Shown: positions 17,552 to 24,274 of the stretch, in pieces
Layout: each line of letters starts with the position of its first letter
Position numbering within the stretch: position 1 is the first letter of the stretch
From: Thermodesulfobacteriota bacterium
Lineage (GTDB): Bacteria; Desulfobacterota; WTBG01; JAGOGO01
Assembly (NCBI GenBank): GCA_026625185.1
Contig: CP113000.1
Location: forward strand, 2,145,622 to 2,177,621
DNA length: 32,000 nucleotides
Reading direction: 5' to 3'
Program-made: the position numbers and the translations under genes
Notes under the pieces: model-generated
What the model was told of the DNA's origin: nothing
Database searches by the model: none
What the model saw: the letters and a program-made list of their open reading frames with translations, nothing else

Positions 17552-18066
17552 TGCTCATGTTCCTTGGCCGTAATGTAAAAAACGGAGAAAACGAAAAAAC
17601 CCCCTTACATTTTTTTAAAAAAAAGATTAATCAATTCGGCACTATATGCCATGAATTTTAGCATTAAAAAATGATTATTGTCAGTTGATACTCTGTTTTT
17701 TGTCAGAAACGGTAGCCTTTTCTGTAAATGATTATTAATTTTTATCCCGTTAGAAAGGCCCCGCTTGTCCTAAGTATCAAACAGGGCTAGAGAAACGCGA
17801 GGTAAAATTAAAGATGGCTACGCTTTTTCACAAGGGAGGTAAATCCATGAGAAAATTTTCTAAGGGGATTTTCCTTGCGTCTTATATATTTACCGGACAA
17901 GAGATTAAAAAGAAACATAATAAAATTTTTAGACTATTTATTGGTTACTGATTTTATGACAATTATCATTAAAAAAGAGGTGTTGTAAATTGTGTTTTTC
18001 TTCCCCCCTCTTCATCAAAAATTATGGTCATTAGGTTATGGTCTTTACTTCATTCACTTCCTTTGG

Positions 18067-18097
18067 CTATACATTTAATGTATAGGCCTTATACATT
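18067..18097. promoter_or_regulatory. Candidate enhancer (UAS): perfect palindrome CTATACATT-T-AATGTATAG plus a third TATACATT half-site
   Basis: The palindrome spans 18067-18085 and was verified. The extra half-site is at 18090-18097. The palindrome centre lies about 118 bp upstream of the -24 GG of the sigma-54 promoter. Confidence 0.5.
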
Positions 18098-18162
18098 GAT
18101 TGGATAGTAAACCTCCTTTCTCCCCTTTCCATTGATAAGGTTTATCCTATAAAAATTAGATT

Positions 18163-18175
18163 AATCAATCGGTTA
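18163..18175 (+). promoter_or_regulatory. IHF-consensus site (WATCAANNNNTTR) between the palindrome and the sigma-54 promoter
   Basis: AATCAA-TCGG-TTA matches every position of the E. coli IHF consensus. The flanks are AT-rich. Confidence 0.5.
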
Positions 18176-18192
18176 TCAAAATTTAAAACATC

Positions 18193-18208
18193 TGGCACGG
18201 GCATTGCG
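18193..18208 (+). promoter_or_regulatory. Sigma-54 (RpoN) -24/-12 promoter
   Basis: TGGCAC-GGGCA-TTGC-G has GG at 18194-95 and GC at 18206-07, which is exactly GG-N10-GC. It matches the consensus TGGCAC-N5-TTGCW in all core positions. It lies 72 nt upstream of the 18280 ATG. Confidence 0.8.
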
Positions 18209-18279
18209 TTTCTCAGTCGTTGGATATTTCAGATTAAGAAGAATTATCCGAAACTTTCCGGACGAAAGAGGGTGAAAAA

Positions 18280-18858
18280 ATGTCGGGGTTAATAAAAATG
18301 AAAATTAAAATGGCGTTTATTCTCTGCTTGGCCGCAGGCACCCTCACTGGCTGTGCTCTATTATTACCGATAATACCACCAACTTGGCCAATATTACTTA
18401 GTCGTGCTATAGACGAAACGACCAGAAAAGATGTTTTTCAGTCACCGGCTGCTAAAGCTCTGGAACCTTCTGAGCGGTCCGTAATGGAGCAACCCGACTT
18501 GAACCTGTGGCTGTGGCCTTATCGTACCACCGTCCGACTTGAGGATGCGGACTGCAAGTCCGATGATAAGTGGTACCAGATGTCGCCGTCTGAAACTGAA
18601 AGTGCTCGTATCGAAGTCGCTCCGGGGGAGCATCGCTTCTTCTTCGATGGTGGGTCATACCGGGGGCGGTGTTACTTCATGCTCTCGATGCTGCAGGGAC
18701 ATGTCTACAAGGTAAAAGGGTTAATCAAGGAGGAATTTTTAGACGGCATACCCGTAACCGAATGTTGGGATTGTCGGCATTGCGGCTGTCCTCTCGAAGT
18801 GATAGATACCGCCCCCGATGGTAACCGCTTGACGGCCAAGGTTTATTGTGGCGGATAG
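18280..18858 (+). CDS. Hypothetical lipoprotein with a Cys-rich C-terminus
   Basis: The lipobox is canonical (LAAGTLTG-C). An SD (agagggtga) precedes the ATG. The ORF is 192 aa. The C-terminal segment is ECWDCRHCGCPLEV...VYCGG. Sampled 60-nt lines at 18481 and 18601 are about 60% GC, above the window norm. No family was recognised with confidence. Confidence 0.6.
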   Translation: MSGLIKMKIKMAFILCLAAGTLTGCALLLPIIPPTWPILLSRAIDETTRKDVFQSPAAKALEPSERSVMEQPDLNLWLWPYRTTVRLEDADCKSDDKWYQMSPSETESARIEVAPGEHRFFFDGGSYRGRCYFMLSMLQGHVYKVKGLIKEEFLDGIPVTECWDCRHCGCPLEVIDTAPDGNRLTAKVYCGG

Positions 18859-18971
18859 TATTAAAGGCTCGATGGTAGTGGTTTTATCGAACGGAAGGAA
18901 CCTGAATCAATGCTGAGTTTCAATGAAAGTAGTTACCATCACAGGTTAATGTTAATAAAAGGAGAATCAAA

Positions 18972-19745
18972 ATGATTCGTGGATTGACTTTGACGCTTGT
19001 ATTTCTGTTGATATGCGGTTGTGCCTGTCTCATATCAAACACTCCTTATGTGGTCGAACTTAAGGTGCTACCCCAAGTCAAATTTTCATCTCAGCATCCT
19101 CCAAACGTTCGTGTGCGTCCTGCAAGTTCAGAGGAAGCTAAAATTATTACGCAGCTCCCGGGCAAAAGGGGATCTAAATTATTATCCTAGACCGATTTGG
19201 TTCTCAGTTTGTCCCTGGTTACTGTCACATCCTATGGTTTGTTGCCTTTGATTGGGGTTCTGGAATACCAGGGAAGAAATGAAACTGGGATTAAGAGAGC
19301 CTTTGAAGAATTCCCATCCCGATTGCGGGAGGCTATTGAACAACGCTTCTCCGTTTCTTCATCAGGGGAATCATCGGACCTTCTGGAGGTCGTTTACGTT
19401 GCCGGCCTTTCTGACTTTTGGGCCCCATTACTTTGCGGACCACATTCTGCACAAAGGCAAAACGAAAACTGTTTTGTAATGCACGCTCAGGTAACGCTCC
19501 AGTCCCAAGGAGAAGAAGTGTTCCGGGATATCATACACATTGACCCTCGGGCCTACAATGCTGATGTTTGGAGGCCCACCCCTAACGAATCCCCGTTTGG
19601 AATACTTAACTATGCCAATGAGGTTATTCCTAAAATGATTGAGACCCGCCTTCCGGGACTACCGTGGAATTCAAAGGAACTGAAAGAAAGGGATGAACTT
19701 CCTGACGGAAAAACATCCGGAGGGAGTAATGGAGAAAGCTTATAA
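18972..19745 (+). pseudogene. Hypothetical lipoprotein-like gene split by an in-frame TAG (19188-19190). The ORF track shows it as 72-aa and 182-aa pieces.
   Basis: ORFs 18972-19190 and 19197-19745 are in the same frame (both coordinates are 0 mod 3). The sequence reads ...LPGKRGSKLLS-TAG-TDLVLSLSLVTVTSYGLLPLIG.... The second piece would need a TTG start with no SD. The first piece has AAGGAGA as SD and a signal/lipobox-like N-terminus (LLICGC). Confidence 0.5.
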
Positions 19746-19972
19746 TGATTCTGAGGGTAAGGTGTCTGATGTTAAGGTGCAATGGGGAAACCAATACGAG
19801 GGGGGGGAGTTCACCCCCATACGACCAGGTGTGGTGTGACGCTTGGATTAAAAATGAGAATACGGGAACGGAGAGGTCAAGCGCTGACAAGGAGCGAGAA
19901 ATACTTTATCCTTCTACTCAATAAATTTGTGATCCCTATTAATACGGAATTAAGATAACTGCGGACTAAGAA

Positions 19973-21466
19973 CTAACTGATTCCCCGAGGAAGGAGAATG
20001 GTGAAGGTGGTTCCTTTTTCAAATTCGCTTTCTACGGTGATAGTGCCAAGGTGGGCTTCAATAATCGCTTTTACTAAAGGAAGGCCAAGTCCGCTCCCTA
20101 CTACTTTACGGGTATATTCGGTGCGGATGCGGAAAAATTTGTCAAATATATTAGGCAAGTCAACTTTGGAAATCCCTACACCGGTATCGGTTACCTTTAT
20201 TTCAACGAATTCACCTCGATTTTGAGCATTAATAATAACCTTCCCGTCTTCTTGATTATATTTTACGGCATTGGTTAACAAATTAGTAAAAATTGTTTCC
20301 ATGCCTTGACGATCAGCATGGATCGTGCATAACTGCGGATCACACGTTACCTCAAAATGAAGTTTTTTCTTTCCTGCCTCCGGGGTCATTAGTTCGACAG
20401 CACTTTGAATAATTTCCGGAAGAAAGATTTTCTCTGTTTGTTGGATGAGGCCTCCGGCTTCAATGCGGGAAAGGTCGAGCAAATTATTGATCATCAGGAG
20501 TAAGCCGTCAAGCCGGTCGAGGATCCTACTTAATATTTCCTGCTGCTTTTCGTTGATTTCTCCTACCAGTCTATCAGTGATAAGAGAGGTTGATTGTCGA
20601 ATAGAGCTCAAGGGAGAGCGGAGCTCGTGGGAGACCATTTCCACGAAATCCGATTTCATCTGGTCGAGCTTTTTAAACCAGGTTACATCGTTAAAGATCG
20701 TGACCGAACCGAGAACTTCACCATCTTCGTTTCGAACGGGGGCAGCATGGGCGACAAAAAAGACATTAGGTGGACTTCCCCAGCTCAGTTCTCGGGTCAT
20801 TCCCTGAGGAGGATTGGCGCCTTCCATGCTGAGCACACCTTCGACTATTTGGGTGAGCTCATTACTTTTGGTCCAGTCGAAAATATGTTTACCCAGCGGG
20901 GGATCTTTTCCCAACCCGAACAAACGGGTGGCGGCCGGGTTATGAAGAACAATAGTGCCATGTTTGTCAGTGACCAGGACTCCATCAGCCATTTGATTGA
21001 TGATAGTGAAGGTCCGGGTTTTTTCATAAGCAATATCTTTAAGGCTTCTTTCCCGTTCGCGCCGAAGGAGTTCAGCTTCGTGCTCCAGTTTTAACTTATC
21101 CTCTGCCCTACGAACAACGATCCGCAGTTGATCCGGAGTGAAGGGTTTGGAGATAAAATCATAGGCACCGTTTTTCATTGCCTCCACGGCGTTATCAATG
21201 GTGGCATATCCGGTAATGACGATCACGATAAGCTTGGGATATTCTTCACGGATTTTTTTTAACACTTCCATTCCCCTGATCCCGGGCATCATGAGGTCAA
21301 GCAGGATGATCTGAAAATCACCCATTTTAATTAACTCCAACCCCACCTCACCATTCTCGGCGGTTTCAACCTTCCACCCTTCTTTGGTGAGAATCCGTTG
21401 GGAGCCATCCCGGATGATCTTTTCGTCATCTACTACTAAGATATGCACGACTTCATGGTGATTCAT
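19973..21466 (-). CDS. Hybrid sensor histidine kinase: N-terminal receiver, PAS-like domain, HisKA and HATPase_c
   Basis: The REC domain is HILVVDDEKIIRDG...ILLDLMMPGIRGMEVL...KPF. The H-box is MVSHELRSPLSSI. The N/G boxes are LLTNAVKYN, DTGVGIS and GSGLGLPLVKAIIEAH. The product is 497 aa. Confidence 0.9.
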   Translation of the reverse strand: MNHHEVVHILVVDDEKIIRDGSQRILTKEGWKVETAENGEVGLELIKMGDFQIILLDLMMPGIRGMEVLKKIREEYPKLIVIVITGYATIDNAVEAMKNGAYDFISKPFTPDQLRIVVRRAEDKLKLEHEAELLRRERERSLKDIAYEKTRTFTIINQMADGVLVTDKHGTIVLHNPAATRLFGLGKDPPLGKHIFDWTKSNELTQIVEGVLSMEGANPPQGMTRELSWGSPPNVFFVAHAAPVRNEDGEVLGSVTIFNDVTWFKKLDQMKSDFVEMVSHELRSPLSSIRQSTSLITDRLVGEINEKQQEILSRILDRLDGLLLMINNLLDLSRIEAGGLIQQTEKIFLPEIIQSAVELMTPEAGKKKLHFEVTCDPQLCTIHADRQGMETIFTNLLTNAVKYNQEDGKVIINAQNRGEFVEIKVTDTGVGISKVDLPNIFDKFFRIRTEYTRKVVGSGLGLPLVKAIIEAHLGTITVESEFEKGTTFTILLPRGIS

Positions 21467-21481
21467 AAGAAAAGCAATTTC

Positions 21482-21862
21482 CTATTTCTTTAATAAACGT
21501 TCTACTAAGCGAACTAGCTCTTTTGGTTCTACCGGCTTGTCTACATAATCATCAGCTTCAGTCTCCATCCCCATCCGATGGGTGTAAGTAGTAGTGGAAA
21601 TTTTTGAGGCCACCGCAGTCAAAAGTAAAATGGGTATGTTCTGGCATACCTGATCAGCTTTCAACTCTTTGCATACCTCATAACCATTTTTATCCGGCAT
21701 CATCACATCCAGAATAATGGCATCGGGCTTTTCTTTTTTTGCTTTTTCGAGTCCTTCTATTCCACCGTAAGCCGGAATGACAACATGATTTTTCTTTTCC
21801 AGTGAGACGGTTACCGATTCTACCAGATCAGGATCATCATCAACAACTAATATCCTTGCCAT
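21482..21862 (-). CDS. Single-domain (CheY-like) response regulator
   Basis: MARILVVDDDPDLVE...AIILDVMMPDKNGYEVC...LLLTA...DDYVDKPV. The product is 126 aa with no output domain. The SD is AAGGAGG. Confidence 0.9.
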   Translation of the reverse strand: MARILVVDDDPDLVESVTVSLEKKNHVVIPAYGGIEGLEKAKKEKPDAIILDVMMPDKNGYEVCKELKADQVCQNIPILLLTAVASKISTTTYTHRMGMETEADDYVDKPVEPKELVRLVERLLKK

Positions 21863-22029
21863 GGAGTACCTCCTTGCTTTAAAGGTTATGTTTTTTCTTT
21901 TTAATTGGTTTAGTTTCTCTATTTTCTCTGGTTTATTTCGTTCGTTTTTTAAAAAAATTTATTAACTAATCAACAAGATAAACGAGAACAACCAAACAAA
22001 AAAATAAACCAAATAAACACGCTCTCCTT

Positions 22030-22956
22030 TTATTCAACCTTAGGCCGGGGCAAAAGTCCAGCCTCCTGGGTAATGCCGGGAACCATTTCCTCCCACTCAA
22101 TCGCCATGATATGAACTCCGTGCACCCCTTTTATTTCTCTCAACTGCTGGATGGTTTCCACTGATATTTTTATTCCTTCATCGGCCTGTTTTTCTTTGGG
22201 TACCCCCTTTAATCGGGCTATCAAGTTATCGGGGACATCCATGCCGGGAACCATCTTTTTCATGTAGTTCGCCATACCCAAAGATTTCATGGGGGTTACT
22301 CCTCCTAAGATATGGACTTTTTCATGGAGCCCACGATCTCTTACCAGTTGCATCCACTGCTTAAAACGATCCAGGTTATAGATACATTGGGTCTGGATAA
22401 ACTGAGCTCCGGCCGCGACCTTTTTTGCCAGCCGAACAACCCGAAATTCGAAGGGGTCGGCAAATGGATTCGCCGCAGCGCCGATAAAAAATCGAGGCTT
22501 CCCTTTAATGTCATCACCCCCCAAAAATTTTCCTTCATCGCGCATCTGCTTCACGGTTTGGATTAAATGGATGGAATCAAGGTCGTAGACATTTTTTGCT
22601 TTGCCATGGTCTCCAAATTTCTGATGGTCGCCTGAAAGGCAGAGGATGTTATTGATTCCTAAGGCAGCCGCCCCTAAGATATCGCTTTGGATAGCGATCC
22701 GGTTACGGTCCCGGGTTACCATCTGTAAAACCGGATTGATACCCATCTGCTTTAGTATAACACATGAAGAAAAACTTGACATCCGTACTACCGAAGTCTG
22801 GTTATCGGTGACATTGATCGCATCCACGGAATCTTTGATCAGCGCCCCCTTTTTTTGGATGACCTCAGGATCTGCTCCTCGGGGAGGACCGCATTCTGAG
22901 GTTACGGCAAAGTCTCCCCGCGATAAAATTTTTTCTAAACGACTGTCGGACGTCAT
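22030..22956 (-). CDS. metF: Methylenetetrahydrofolate reductase, acetogen/sulfate-reducer type MetF
   Basis: MTHFR-family blocks are present (AVTSECGPPRG, DAINVTDN, QMVTRDRNR, GINNILCLSGD, FFIGAAANPF, GAQFIQTQ). ATG 22956 overlaps the metV stop (ATGA). The ORF-track start at 23013 is an upstream extension. Confidence 0.85.
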   Translation of the reverse strand: MTSDSRLEKILSRGDFAVTSECGPPRGADPEVIQKKGALIKDSVDAINVTDNQTSVVRMSSFSSCVILKQMGINPVLQMVTRDRNRIAIQSDILGAAALGINNILCLSGDHQKFGDHGKAKNVYDLDSIHLIQTVKQMRDEGKFLGGDDIKGKPRFFIGAAANPFADPFEFRVVRLAKKVAAGAQFIQTQCIYNLDRFKQWMQLVRDRGLHEKVHILGGVTPMKSLGMANYMKKMVPGMDVPDNLIARLKGVPKEKQADEGIKISVETIQQLREIKGVHGVHIMAIEWEEMVPGITQEAGLLPRPKVE

Positions 22957-23621
22957 AGCGTTAAATCCTCCCTGATAATTTTCCGAGGTCCCCCATCCCG
23001 ACCGGTAGACCAATCATTAATGGGAATAATAATTTCTAATTGATCTAACTTCCCCAGCTCTTTAAGCCGGTCATAGATGAGCTGCCACCCACAGTCAACC
23101 TCCGGGTTTACTTCGCACTTTCCTTTTGAAGAACCTCCACACGGGCCATTCAAAAGACTCTTGGCGCAACGACTAATAGGACAAATTCCACCGGTAATAT
23201 GGAGTTTACAATCACCGCACGCTTGACACCGCTCGGTCCATACTCCTTGCGTTTCGGTAACGCCGATGAAATTGGTGTCTATCCCCGGGTACATGGGGAT
23301 CTTCCTAAATTTTTCCGCCATAAACTGCACTCCCGCACCGCAGGCAATTGAGACAACTGCCTCATATTCATCCACAAAACTGCGGATCGTTTCGAGGTAT
23401 TCCGGGTCGCACTGCCGTTCTAAGGTTACTTCTTTAATTTCGATGGGTTTGCCGTCCGTTTCTCTCGCCAGGGAAAGAGCAGCGGAAAGAATTCCCACCT
23501 CCTTTTCTCCCCCGGCAGAACAGACCGTTACGCAGCCTCGACATCCGGCGACAATTATTTTTGAACAGTTCTCAATCATGGCCAGAATGTTTTTAATGGG
23601 TTTACCCTTGCCGATAATCAT
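22953..23621 (-). CDS. metV: MetV (MTHFR C-terminal-domain-like Cys-rich small subunit)
   Basis: A 222-aa product with the Cys-rich segment CQACGDCKLHITGGICPISRCAKSLLNGPCGGS..GKCEV. Its position directly upstream of metF, with ATGA coupling, matches the hdrCBA-mvhD-metVF arrangement described in Moorella thermoacetica. Confidence 0.75.
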   Translation of the reverse strand: MIIGKGKPIKNILAMIENCSKIIVAGCRGCVTVCSAGGEKEVGILSAALSLARETDGKPIEIKEVTLERQCDPEYLETIRSFVDEYEAVVSIACGAGVQFMAEKFRKIPMYPGIDTNFIGVTETQGVWTERCQACGDCKLHITGGICPISRCAKSLLNGPCGGSSKGKCEVNPEVDCGWQLIYDRLKELGKLDQLEIIIPINDWSTGRDGGPRKIIREDLTL

Positions 23622-23745
23622 AATAATGCCTCCTCAAAAATCGTTTAATACCAAACGCTTTCATATGTATATCTTTGTTGTCTCCTCATCATACTCCTCG
23701 ATGTACTAATACCAACGCATTAAACCTTATTACACCTGATGGTTT

Positions 23746-23790
23746 CTCCCCTCACTTTATCCCTATCGGGGAGAGGGGAAGGTGAGGGGG
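23746..23790. repeat. Hairpin-repeat copy inside the operon, between mvhD and metV
   Basis: The outer arms are CCCCTCAC (23748-55) / GTGAGGGG (23782-89). The inner part is tccc-tatc-gggga. Confidence 0.7.
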
Positions 23791-23806
23791 ACTCATGTCA
23801 AAAAGT

Positions 23807-24274
23807 TTAAACAACACATTCTTTTTTCTCCGGTGTTGCAGAGTACTCTAATGCGGCTGATGCAACACGTTTTATTGGGTTTGGGCCGAGTTTTTTAATT
23901 CTTTCAGTCATTTCCTTGGCGATTTCAACAAACCGGGGGCCTTGCGCTGCGGACATATTGTACATTTCAAGCCGTTCCCCTCCGATTCCAATTTCATCTA
24001 AAATCTTTTTGGTAAATTCAACCCTTTTTCGGGCCCGGAGATTTCCGGTAAGATAATGGCAGTCTCCTTCCATACATCCGGCTACATACACTCCGTCGGC
24101 TCCGCGCTGGAAGGACTTTAAAAGGTAAAGCACATCAACTTTTCCCGTACAAGGAACCTGAATAATTTTTATGTTTGGTGGATAAGAGAGTCTCATGGAA
24201 CCTGCCAGGTCCGCAGCTGAATACGCTCAGTATTTGCAGCAGAAGGCTAAGATCTCCGGTTGAAATTCGCTCAT
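23807..24274 (-). CDS. mvhD: MvhD/FlpD-like [2Fe-2S] electron-transfer subunit containing an in-frame UGA (codon 16, 24229-24227), a probable selenocysteine
   Basis: From ATG 24274 (ATGA overlap with the hdrA stop) the frame reads MSEFQPEILAFCCKY-TGA-AYSAADLAGSMRLSYPPNIKIIQVPCTGKVDVLYLLKSFQRGADGVYVAGCMEGDCHY. This is the MvhD N-terminal pattern (iaFcC.wC.Y..AD.AG...YP.n.riirv.CsGrvd), with the TGA at the position of the conserved Cys. A hairpin GGACC-UGGCA-GG(U)UCC lies at 24212-24197. Confidence 0.75.

Noticed and set aside
17636-17650. CGGCACTATATGCC resembles a -24/-12 element or a palindrome.
   Set aside because: The GG-to-GC spacing is 8, not 10, on either strand, and the palindrome is imperfect.
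394-19190. Two in-frame stops (TAA in DUF559, TAG in the lipoprotein gene) could hint at stop-codon reassignment or pyrrolysine.
   Set aside because: About 30 well-conserved genes in the window (dsr, hdr, opp, metF, kinases) use TAA, TAG and TGA as ordinary terminators and have no internal stops. No pyl genes are visible. Both affected genes are accessory genes, so pseudogenisation is the simpler explanation. Only the mvhD TGA has positional support for recoding.
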